A stretch of DNA of 64,000 nt, taken from an uncultured Candidatus Rokubacteria bacterium (lineage in GTDB: Bacteria > Methylomirabilota > Methylomirabilia > Rokubacteriales > CSP1-6). Positions within the stretch are counted from its first letter, which is position 1, and each line of letters begins with the position of its first letter. Location of the stretch: positions 224,001 to 288,000 of the forward strand of contig CAVWWD010000003.1 in the NCBI GenBank assembly GCA_963758635.1, in the 5' to 3' direction. The translations under genes were made by a program, and so were the position numbers. Positions 55,923-64,000 of the stretch are shown in pieces. The notes under the pieces were generated by a model. The model did no database searches. It had not been told where the DNA came from and saw only the letters and a program-made list of their open reading frames with translations.

Positions 55923-57105
55923 TCACGCGTACATCAGGTACGGGCGCCGGGCCGCGGCGAAGCGCGACAGCGCCGGCCCCCACGAGCGCTCCATCCGCGC
56001 GATGGGCACGCCGCGCTCGATGGCACGCCGGATGCGGTCGTTGCCGCAGAGCACGTCGATGGGCCACCGGCGCCACTGGAACTCGTACGGCGGCCGGCGC
56101 CAGCGGAAGCGCGGGCCGCCCTGGCGCCGCGCCTCGGCGATCAGGTGGAGGTACGTGGCGAAGGAGCGGAACCGCGCGGGGTCGGTGACGTGCACCTGGA
56201 CGCCGCCGCAGCGGCGGCCCTTCCACTTGTGGAAGGCGGGCTCGAAGCCGGCGGCGCGGAAGCGCACGCCGGGCAGCCCGCGCCGGCCGAGCGCGGCGGC
56301 GAGGCGCTCGCCGTCCAGGTAGGGCGCGCCGACGAGCTCGAACGGCCGCGTGGTGCCGCGGCCCTCGGAGAGGTTCGTGCCCTCGAGCAGGCAGCCTCCC
56401 GGATACACGAGCGCGGTGTCGGGCGTCGGCATGTTGGGCGACGGCGGCACCCACGGGAGCCCCGTGTCCGGCCAGAACATGCGCCGGCGCCAGCCGAGCA
56501 TCGGCACCACGGTGAGGTCGCAGCCGAAGCCCTGCGTCTCGTTGTGGTAGGCGGCGAGCTCGCCGATGGTCATGCCGTGACGGATGGGCAGGGGATGCAG
56601 GCCCACGAAGGACGGCTCGTGCGGATCGGGCCAGTTGCCCTCGAGGCGCTCGCCCCCGAGCGGGTTGGGCCGGTCGAGCACGACCACGGGCACGCCCGCG
56701 CGCGCGGCCACCTGCATGGTGAGCGTCATCGTCCACGCGAACGTGTAGTAGCGCGCGCCCACGTCCTGGAGGTCCACCACGACCGCGTCCAGGCCCTCGA
56801 GCCACTCGGGCGCAGGCGCCAGGCGCGTGCCGTAGAGGCTCCGGATCACGAGCCGCGTCCGCCGGTCGCGCTCGGCGGGGATATGGGCGTGGTCCTGGGC
56901 TGCGCCGCTCCAGCCGTGCTCGGGGGCGAAGAGGGCGCGGAGCTCCACGCCCGGCAGGCCCTGGACGACGCGGCGCGCGTGGATCAGGTCGTGCGTGACG
57001 GACGCGGGATGGCAGAGGAGGCCGACGCGCCGCCCGGCGAGCAGGCGCGGGCGCGCGCGCAGGACGTCCAGGCCGGAGCGGACGGTCGATCACGGCTTCG
57101 AGCAT
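55923..57105 (-). CDS. namZ: Exo-beta-N-acetylmuramidase NamZ (DUF1343); +1 frameshift just after the start (~57090)
   Basis: VRSGLD, RVGLL.HPAS, LFAPEHG, DLQDVGARYYT, LDRPNP, PSPNMPT, EGTNLSEGRGT. No signal peptide apparent. Confidence 0.9.
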
Positions 57106-57169
57106 CAGCTCGCGCTCTATCGTACCCTCGTCAGGCGCGGAGGGACGGGCGGACTATCCTCCGAGCACC

Positions 57170-58066
57170 ATGAGCGTGCGCTACGACCGGTTGCCCACCG
57201 AGCGCGCGGACGCGCGGACGCGCCGGCTCGACCGGATGTCGCCCGCGGCGGTCGCCCGTGTCATGAACCAGGCCGACCGGCGCGCGGTCGCCGCGGTGGG
57301 CCGCGCGCGGCCGGCCATCGCGCGGGCCGTGGACGCGATCGTGGGCGCGCTCCGGAGCGGCGGGCGCCTGCACTTCGTCGGCGCGGGGACGAGTGGCCGG
57401 CTGGGCGTGATCGAGGCCGCGGAGTGCCCGCCCACGTTCGGCACGTCCCCCGCGCTCGTCCGCGCGGTGATGGCCGGCGGCCGCGCGGCGGTGTTCCGCG
57501 CGCGCGAGGGCGTGGAGGACGACGCGCGGGCGGCGGCGCGAGAGGTCCGGCGCCGCGCGCGCGCGGGCGACGCCGTCGTGGGTGTCGCGGCGAGCGGCGT
57601 CACGCCGTTCGTGCGCGAGGCCCTTCGCGTGGCGCGCCGCCAGGGCGCCCGCACCGTGCTCGTCACGTGCAACCCCGGTGTCTCCGCGCGCGTCGCCGAC
57701 GTGGTGATCGCGCTCGACGTGGGCCCGGAGGTGCTCGCCGGGTCCACCCGCCTCAAGGCGGGCACGGCGACGAAGCTCGTGCTCAACACGCTCACCACCG
57801 CGACGTTCGTCGCGCTGGGCCGCGTCCACGGCAACCGGATGGTCGACGTGACGCCCGGCTCCGCCAAGCTCCGGGCGCGCGCCCGGCGGCTGGTCCGCGA
57901 GATCGGCGGCGTGAGCGATCGCCGGGCCGCGGACCTCCTGTCGCGAGCCCGCGGGCGCGTGAAGGTCGCGATCGTCATGGCGCGCTGCGCCGTCTCCGAC
58001 GCCAGGGCGCGCGCGCTGCTCTTCGCCGCGGGCGGACGGCTCCACCGGGTGCTCCCGGAACGCTGA
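57170..58066 (+). CDS. murQ: N-acetylmuramic acid 6-phosphate etherase
   Basis: GAGTSGRLG..AAECPPTFG, EG.ED, GPEVLAGSTRLKAGTA.K.VLN, NRMVDV. Confidence 0.95.
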   Translation: MSVRYDRLPTERADARTRRLDRMSPAAVARVMNQADRRAVAAVGRARPAIARAVDAIVGALRSGGRLHFVGAGTSGRLGVIEAAECPPTFGTSPALVRAVMAGGRAAVFRAREGVEDDARAAAREVRRRARAGDAVVGVAASGVTPFVREALRVARRQGARTVLVTCNPGVSARVADVVIALDVGPEVLAGSTRLKAGTATKLVLNTLTTATFVALGRVHGNRMVDVTPGSAKLRARARRLVREIGGVSDRRAADLLSRARGRVKVAIVMARCAVSDARARALLFAAGGRLHRVLPER

Positions 58067-58147
58067 CGTCCCGGCCGCACCGTGCGAGGTGCCGCGCGCG
58101 CGTCGGTCAGGTTGCGCGGCGCAAGTCCTTCTGCCACCATCGCTCGC

Positions 58148-58633
58148 ATGAGATCGACGCTGGCGCGGACGGACGCCCCGGGGAGCGCGGGGAGCCGCCC
58201 GGTCTCGCCGCGGGCCCGCACAACGGCCCTCGTCTCGTGCGCGATGCTCGTCGTCCTCGCCGGCGGCGCCGTCGCGCCGTCCCAGGGCGAGGACGCGGCC
58301 ATCCGCGCCGCCACGGACCTGGTGATGCGGCAGCTCGAGGCCTTCCGCCGCGACGACTTCGAGGCGGCGTACGCCCTCGCCTCGCGCGAGGTCCGGAAGA
58401 TCTTCGATCGCGCGGCGTTCGAGCGCATGGTGCGCAGCGGATACCCGGAGATCGCGCAGTCCGCCGCCGCGGACGTCGAGGCGAGCCGCCAGACCGGCGA
58501 CGGGCAAGTGTACCTCCGGCTCCGGATCCGCGGCGCCAACGGCCGGAGCGTCGAGGCGGTGTACGAGATGGTCCGCGAAGGGCGCGACTGGAAGGTCAAC
58601 GGCGTGATCGCCCGGGTCGCCCCCACGACGTGA
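58148..58633 (+). CDS. DUF4864-like exported protein
   Basis: QLEAFRRDD..AAY..AS, F..MVRSGY, A.YEM, WKVNG. Confidence 0.75.
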   Translation: MRSTLARTDAPGSAGSRPVSPRARTTALVSCAMLVVLAGGAVAPSQGEDAAIRAATDLVMRQLEAFRRDDFEAAYALASREVRKIFDRAAFERMVRSGYPEIAQSAAADVEASRQTGDGQVYLRLRIRGANGRSVEAVYEMVREGRDWKVNGVIARVAPTT

Positions 58634-58660
58634 ACGGTCGCGCGGCTCGCCTTGCGGGGC

Positions 58661-58715
58661 GGTTGCTTCCACTGCATTTCCGTATACGCTCGGCTCGCCT
58701 TCGGCTCACCTCGCA
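58661..58715 (-). repeat. 55-bp dispersed repeat copy
   Basis: Reverse complement differs from the family consensus at 3 positions; it ends 5 nt before the acyl-CoA dehydrogenase ATG. Confidence 0.9.
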
Positions 58716-58720
58716 CAGCT

Positions 58721-59915
58721 ATGGACTTTGACTTCACCCCCGAGCAGCAGACCTTCCGTCGCGAGGTGCGCGAGTGGCTCGCACGGAACGTCCCCGACGA
58801 CCTCCGCGGCCGCGGCTTCGCCGCCTCGCGTGGCGAGCGCCACCAGGTGGAGCGGCTGCGCGAGTGGCAGCGCACGCTCTACAAGGCCGGCTACGTCGGC
58901 ATGGACTGGCCGGCGGAGTACGGCGGGCGCGGCGCGTCGCTGGTGGAGCAGATCGTGTTCTACGAGGAGATGTCCCGGGCGCAGGCGCCCCAGCCGCTCA
59001 ACCGCAGCGGGCTCAGCATGCTCGGGCCCACGCTTGATGAAGCACGGCACGCCCGCGCAGCGGGCGCGCCACCTCGACCGGATCCTCACCGCCGAGGAGA
59101 TCTGGTGCCAGGGCTTCTCGGAGCCCAACGCGGGCAGCGACCTCGCCAACCTCCAGACCCGCGCGGTGCTCGACGGCGACGCGTACGTGATCAACGGCCA
59201 GAAGGTGTGGACGAGCATGGGCCACGTGGCGGACTGGGGCTTCTTCCTCGTGCGCACCGATCCCGCGGCGGCCAAGCACAAGGGCATCACCTTCATCCTC
59301 ATCGACATGAAGACGCCGGGGATCACCATCCGTCCGCTGCGCCAGATCACCGGCGAGGCGGAGTTCAACGAGACCTTCCTCGACAACGTGCGCGTGCCCG
59401 CCGCCAACGTGGTGGGCAAGGTGAACGAGGGCTGGGGCGTGGCGCTCACGACGCTCGCCTACGAGCGCGACGTGTTGACGTTCATCCGCCACATCAGCCT
59501 GCGCACCGCGCTCCACCGCCTGATGGAGCTCGCGCGCCGCACCGACCGCGCCGGTCGCCCCGCCGCGCTCGACCCGGTGATCCGCCAGCGCGTGGCCGAC
59601 ATCGTGATCGGCGAGCGGCTTCTCCAGCTCGCCGGCTATCGGAGCCTCACACGCATCCTGCAGGGCGGCACGCCCGGCCCCGAGGGCTCCACCGCGAAGC
59701 TCTTCTGGAGCCTGCTCGACCAGGACCTCGCCGAGGTGGCCACGCAGGTGATCGGCCCGTACTCGCAGATCAAGGCCGGCCACCCGCTGGCCCCCGACGA
59801 GGGGCAGTGGGCGTTCTACGCGCTGCTCGCGCGCGGCAGCGGCATCCGCGCCGGCACCTCGGAAATCCTCAGGAACATCCTCGGCGAGCGGGTCCTCGGC
59901 CTGCCGAAGGACTGA
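58721..59915 (+). CDS. Acyl-CoA dehydrogenase family protein; +1 frameshift at ~59035
   Basis: WPAEYGGRG, WCQGFSEPNAGSDLA, NGQKVWTS, FNE.F.DNV, IRAGTSEI.RN..GERVLGLP. Confidence 0.93.
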
Positions 59916-59929
59916 CACCGCGGGCGCGC

Positions 59930-60475
59930 GTGTCGGACGGCTCGGAGCGCGGCGTGGCGCCGGTGGTGATCCGTCCCCTCGGGCCCGGTGATGCCGCGCA
60001 GTTCCGCGAGGTGCGCGTGCGTTCCCTGCGCGAGCACCCGGACGCCTTCGGTCGGAGCCCGGACGAGGTGGACGACGTCGCGGTGACGGCCGAGCACTTC
60101 CGGCGGGACGCCGGCGGGGAGTGGGACGTCATGCTCGGCGCCTTCGCCGGGGACAGCCTCGTGGGCATCGCCGGCTGCCACCGGGAGCGCGCGATCAAGC
60201 AGCGTCACGTGGCGTACGTGTGGGGCGTGTACGTGGCTCCCGAGCGCCGCGGCACGGGCGTGGGACGGCGGCTCGTCGAGGCCGCCATCGAGCGGGCGCG
60301 GACGTGGTCGGGGCTCGAGGCGCTCTGGCTCGACGTGACGACCACGAACCGCGGCGCCCGCGCGCTGTACGCCTCGTGTGGCTTCGTGACCGCGGCCACC
60401 AAGCCACGGGTCCTCAAGGTGGGCGACCGCTACTACGACGAGGAACTGATGATCCTCGACCTCCGCGCCGAGTAG
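59930..60475 (+). CDS. GNAT family N-acetyltransferase
   Basis: VYVAPERRGTGVG acetyl-CoA motif, N..A..LY..CGF, DE..M. Confidence 0.88.
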   Translation: MSDGSERGVAPVVIRPLGPGDAAQFREVRVRSLREHPDAFGRSPDEVDDVAVTAEHFRRDAGGEWDVMLGAFAGDSLVGIAGCHRERAIKQRHVAYVWGVYVAPERRGTGVGRRLVEAAIERARTWSGLEALWLDVTTTNRGARALYASCGFVTAATKPRVLKVGDRYYDEELMILDLRAE

Positions 60476-60516
60476 ACGTGCCGATACACCAGCCGCGTGA
60501 GCGCGGCATTCCCTCG

Positions 60517-60546
60517 TGGTAACATGGTCACCAGTTCGTGACCATG
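60517..60546 (+). promoter_or_regulatory. Extended -10 overlapped by a palindromic operator of the Phd/VapC pair
   Basis: TG-G-TAACAT (60517-60525); perfect 9-bp inverted repeat CATGGTCAC-N6-GTGACCATG (60523-60546). Confidence 0.65.
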
Positions 60547-60563
60547 GGAGGACGGAGGAGACC

Positions 60564-60797
60564 ATGAAGCAGATGCCGGCCGGCGAGTTCAAGGCGCGCT
60601 GCCTCCGGGTGATGGAAGACGTCCGGAAGTACCGGAGCGCCGTGGTCATCACCAAGAAAGGGAGGCCGGTGGCCAAGCTGGTGCCCGCCGACGATCCCGG
60701 CCCCGACGTCTTCGGCTGTATGGCCGGCACCGCGGAGATCGTGGGTGACGTCGAGGCCCCGGTCCTCCCCCTCCGCGCCTGGAAGACCGCCCGGTGA
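60564..60797 (+). CDS. Phd/YefM family antitoxin
   Basis: AGEFKARCL..M, VVITKKGRPVAKLVP; RBS GGAGGAG. Confidence 0.92.
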   Translation: MKQMPAGEFKARCLRVMEDVRKYRSAVVITKKGRPVAKLVPADDPGPDVFGCMAGTAEIVGDVEAPVLPLRAWKTAR

Positions 60798-60846
60798 TCC
60801 TCCTCGTGGCCCCGGTCGTTTCCCCCCGCGCGCGAGAGACCAGGCG

Positions 60847-61242
60847 GTGATCCTCCTCGACACGCACGCCTGGCTGTGGCTCTGCGTGGAGCCTCGCCGG
60901 CTGTCGACCGCGGCAGCGGCGGCGATCCGCGGGGGCCTCCGGACGGGCGGCATCAGCATCGCCGCAATCAGCTTGTGGGAGTTGGCGATGATGATCGCCC
61001 TCGGCCGTGTGGTTCCGCGCGGGACGCCCGAGGCGTGGCTTGCGGACCTCGTCGACCGTGCGGGTGTGCACGTGTGGCCGATCACGCCCGTGGTGGCGGC
61101 GCTCGCCACGCGCTTCCCCGACGACTTCCCCGCAGATCCGGCGGACCGGCTGATCGCGGCAACCGCTCAGGCGGACGGACTCACGCTGGTGACGCGCGAC
61201 GCGCGGCTCCGGCGGAGCCCGTTCGTCAAGACCGCGTGGTGA
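60847..61242 (+). CDS. vapC: VapC-family PIN-domain toxin
   Basis: ILLDTH..LW, ISLWE, DPADRLI.ATA, LVTRD. Confidence 0.9.
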   Translation: MILLDTHAWLWLCVEPRRLSTAAAAAIRGGLRTGGISIAAISLWELAMMIALGRVVPRGTPEAWLADLVDRAGVHVWPITPVVAALATRFPDDFPADPADRLIAATAQADGLTLVTRDARLRRSPFVKTAW

Positions 61243-61891
61243 CGGCGCCAGCCTCCGTGGTCGTCGTGCGCGCGATCACGCCGAGCGCGATCTCCACCGC
61301 TCGGAGCATGAGCCGGAGGTCCATGCTCGGCTCGTCGAGGCCGTGCGCGGCGACCATGGCGGGGAGGAAGGGCAGGTGCATGAAGCCGGCGGGGATCGCG
61401 CGCGCGCTCGCCGCCAGCGCGTGAAGTGTGGTGTACAGCGTGAAGTTGCAGAGGTACGTGCCCGCCGTGTAGGAGAGATACGCGGGCACTCCCTCGGCGG
61501 CGAGCGCGGCGAGGATGGGCTGGATGGGCAGCGTGGCGAGGTGGGCGGGGAGCCCGCCGGGAAGGCACGCCTCGCCCCTGACCACGCGTCCGCCCCCGTC
61601 GGGGATCGGGTAGTCCATCACATTCACGCCCACCTGCTCGACGGCGATCCGCGCGCGGCCGCCGGCCAGGCCCAGGTGCAGGACCGCGGCGAGCCCGGGA
61701 GCGGCGAGGGCGGGGCGAAGCGCTTCCCGGGCGCGGTCGTGCTCGACGGGGAGGACGAGGGCGCGCACGACGAGGCCGCCCGCGGTGCGCCCGTCGAGCG
61801 TCTTGGCGATCTCCTGGGACGGGTTGAGGGTGTCGCCGCCGAACGGCTCGAACCCGGTCAGGAGAACGTGGCGCGCGGTGCGTGCGTTCAC
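61226..61891 (-). CDS. pcp: Pyroglutamyl-peptidase I
   Basis: LLTGFEPFGG...NPS, AGTYLCN, AGFMHLP. Confidence 0.93.
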   Translation of the reverse strand: MNARTARHVLLTGFEPFGGDTLNPSQEIAKTLDGRTAGGLVVRALVLPVEHDRAREALRPALAAPGLAAVLHLGLAGGRARIAVEQVGVNVMDYPIPDGGGRVVRGEACLPGGLPAHLATLPIQPILAALAAEGVPAYLSYTAGTYLCNFTLYTTLHALAASARAIPAGFMHLPFLPAMVAAHGLDEPSMDLRLMLRAVEIALGVIARTTTTEAGAVTTRS

Positions 61892-62412
61892 GCCGGCGCC
61901 ACGCCCGCGCGGTGACGCTGCGCGAGGGCCTGGTAGCCGGCGGGGTTCATCTTCACCCAGCGCTCGGCCGCCGTCCCCTCGAGCGGGCCGCGCACCTTGC
62001 ACGGCGCGCCGAGGGCGAGCATGCCGTCGGGGATCTCGGTGCCCGGCGTCACCAGCGATCCCGCGCCCACCATGGCCCGGACGCCGATCCTCGCGCCGTC
62101 GAGAAGGGTGGTGCTGTTGCCGACCAGCGCCTCCTCGCCCACGTTGGCGGCGTGCACGAGGCAGAGGTGTCCCACGGTGGCGCCGGGGCCGATGTCCACG
62201 CCGCCCGCCGGCGTGACGTGGATGACCGCGTTGTCCTGCACGTTCGCGCCGCGTCGCACCACGATGGGATTGAAGTCGGCGCGGAGCACGGCGCCGTACC
62301 AGACCGACGCGTTCTCCTCGACCGTGACGTCGCCGATGAGGCAGGCGGTGGGCGCGACGAACGCGGTCGGATGGACGCGGGGCGACTTGCCCTCGAACGA
62401 GTAGAGCGGCAT
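61888..62412 (-). CDS. Gamma carbonic anhydrase-like hexapeptide-repeat protein (YrdA/PaaY/CaiE family)
   Basis: LIGDV, VLRAD, NVQDN..IH, TVGH..LVH, GAP.K. Confidence 0.92.
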   Translation of the reverse strand: MPLYSFEGKSPRVHPTAFVAPTACLIGDVTVEENASVWYGAVLRADFNPIVVRRGANVQDNAVIHVTPAGGVDIGPGATVGHLCLVHAANVGEEALVGNSTTLLDGARIGVRAMVGAGSLVTPGTEIPDGMLALGAPCKVRGPLEGTAAERWVKMNPAGYQALAQRHRAGVAPA

Positions 62413-62545
62413 GAGGTCTCCTTGGAGCGCGCCCACGACCTTCCGGCTCGCGGGACGATCGCGCGGTGTGTTGAGCGATGACGATGCCACACGGTCCGCG
62501 TGTGGACAAGCTCCGGACCCGGGCGTAGCCTGAGCCACATGGACT

Positions 62546-63658
62546 ATGCGAGGTGCACCGAAGGCGGACGTTCCGAGCGCGACTATGGTGATGCCGTGGA
62601 AAGCGGCGGCACGCGTGGCTCGCATCGCACATGATCGCGCCACTCGCATCGTCTCCGTGGCCACCGCGACGCCGCGCTGGCAGTACGACCAGGACACGCT
62701 CCTGCGCATGGCCGGCTACGCCGATCATCAGCGCGCGGGCTTCTTCACCAACAGCCAGATCGAGCGCCGCTGCCTCTACTTCGATCCCGACACGTTCACC
62801 CCCGACGAGAGCGTGGACGATCTCCAGGAGCGTTTCCGCCGGGGCGCCATCGAGCTGGGCGCCGAGGCGGTGCGCCGCGCCGTGGCGCGCGCGGGCTGGC
62901 GGCTCGACGAGGTCGACTTCCTCGCCACCACGACGTGCACGGGCCGACTGTGCCCGAGCCTCGACGCGCAGATCATCGCCGAGCTCGGCCTGGCCCCGCG
63001 GATCCAGCGCGTGCACGTGGGCGACACCGGCTGCGCCAGCGCCATGGTCGCGCTCCAGCAGGCGTCGAACCACGTCAGCGCCTTTCCCGGTCACCGCGCG
63101 GTGGTCGTCGCCGTGGAGCTCTGCTCCGCCGCCTACTACCTGGACGACCGGCTCGAGAGCGCGGTGGCCCACGCGATCTTCGCCGACGGCGCGGGCGCCA
63201 TCGCGCTGGCCGGCGCCGGCGACGGGCCCGCCATCGTCGAGCACCGCACGCTGTTCCGCTCCGAGCACCTGCCCGCCATGGGATTCGAGTATCCCGGCGG
63301 ACGGCCGCGCGTGGTCCTCTCCAAGGAGGTGCGCCGCATCGGCGGGGACATGATGAAGGAGATGGCGGACACGCTGATGGCGACGCACGGGCTCAAGAAG
63401 GACGACGTGCGGCACTTCGTGCTGCACTCCGCGGGGCGGCGAGTGATCGAGCAGGCCCGCCGGCTCATGGAGCTCGCCGATGACGACGTCGCGGCCTCCC
63501 GCCTCGTGCTGCGCGAGTTCGGCAACATGTCCTCCGCCACCATCGTGTTCGTCCTCGACGAGGTGCTGCGGAGCGGCCGGACCGCGCCGGGCGACTGGGG
63601 GCTCATGATCGCGCTCGGCCCCGGCTTCGCCGCCGAGGGCGCCCTCCTCCGTTTCTAG
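62546..63658 (+). CDS. Type III polyketide synthase (chalcone/stilbene synthase family); true start uncertain
   Basis: TCTG...PSLD, catalytic Cys (DTGC), VELCS, FADGA, His (LHSAG), Asn (GNMSS), GPG. Confidence 0.92.
   Translation: MRGAPKADVPSATMVMPWKAAARVARIAHDRATRIVSVATATPRWQYDQDTLLRMAGYADHQRAGFFTNSQIERRCLYFDPDTFTPDESVDDLQERFRRGAIELGAEAVRRAVARAGWRLDEVDFLATTTCTGRLCPSLDAQIIAELGLAPRIQRVHVGDTGCASAMVALQQASNHVSAFPGHRAVVVAVELCSAAYYLDDRLESAVAHAIFADGAGAIALAGAGDGPAIVEHRTLFRSEHLPAMGFEYPGGRPRVVLSKEVRRIGGDMMKEMADTLMATHGLKKDDVRHFVLHSAGRRVIEQARRLMELADDDVAASRLVLREFGNMSSATIVFVLDEVLRSGRTAPGDWGLMIALGPGFAAEGALLRF
62547..62604 (+). repeat. Diverged copy of the 55-bp repeat in the 5' region of the type III PKS gene
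   Basis: Blocks TGCGAGGTG, CCGAAGGCG, CCGAGCGC, TATGG, ATGC and GTGGAAA occur in order. Confidence 0.6.
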
Positions 63659-63703
63659 CGAGCCCAGACATGACGGCGGCCACGCGCGCGGCCCGCTAGC
63701 CCC

Positions 63704-64000
63704 ATGCTGTGGCCTCCGCTGCCGCGGGCCGCCGACGCGCTCGAGCTGCTCGACCGGCCCGCGCCCCACACCGACCTCCGCGAGTGCCTGGCCGACGTGG
63801 CGCGCCTGAACGGCGTCTTCGGGGGCCGGCTCGTCACCCTGGCCCACGTGCGGCGGCTGCTCCGTCGCGTCCCCGCCGGCCGCGTCGCCACCGTCGTGGA
63901 CCTCGGGACGGGCAGCGCGGACATCCCGCGGGCGCTGGTGCGCTGGGCGCGACGCGCGGGCCGGCCCATCCGCGTCTTCGCCGTGGACCGCGACGCTCCG
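63704..64000 (+). CDS. SAM-dependent methyltransferase (truncated by the window end)
   Basis: ELLD...L.D..RLN..FGG, then VDLGTGSAD motif I. Confidence 0.82.
   Translation, partial: MLWPPLPRAADALELLDRPAPHTDLRECLADVARLNGVFGGRLVTLAHVRRLLRRVPAGRVATVVDLGTGSADIPRALVRWARRAGRPIRVFAVDRDAP

Overview
The window is bacterial DNA in two compositional parts. (1) Positions 1 to ~8.2 kb are lower GC (about 52-65% in sampled lines). They carry the 3' end of an NRPS cluster: A-T-C-A-T-TE, then a stand-alone A-T didomain whose A domain is strongly non-canonical. (2) Positions ~8.5-64 kb are very GC-rich (>70% by eye). The gene content resembles Candidatus Rokubacteria/Methylomirabilota, but that is an inference and cannot be verified here. 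This part holds a hemE-hemH-hemY cluster, ABC/TRAP/SSS/APC/CDF transporters, many catabolic oxidoreductases, two type II toxin-antitoxin pairs, a hybrid histidine kinase, MeaB, a probable PTS-independent peptidoglycan-sugar salvage cluster (NamZ, NagZ, MurQ, BadF-type kinase, Na+ symporter) and, at the right edge, a type III PKS plus methyltransferase. Features the ORF track misses: a probable selenoprotein (exported TlpA/DipZ-like redoxin with in-frame UGA in a UxxC motif and a SECIS-like hairpin); a dispersed 55-bp repeat family (about 7 copies); a 146-bp long inverted-repeat element; a 3-copy tandem repeat upstream of the symporter; two sigma54 promoter motifs; many apparently leaderless genes; and several deletion scars (collapsed two-component operon, dapA-like tail, IS3 tail, degenerate attC). 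About 14-16 genes carry single +1 insertions, most likely sequencing or assembly errors. All product calls come from motif recognition, not database searches.
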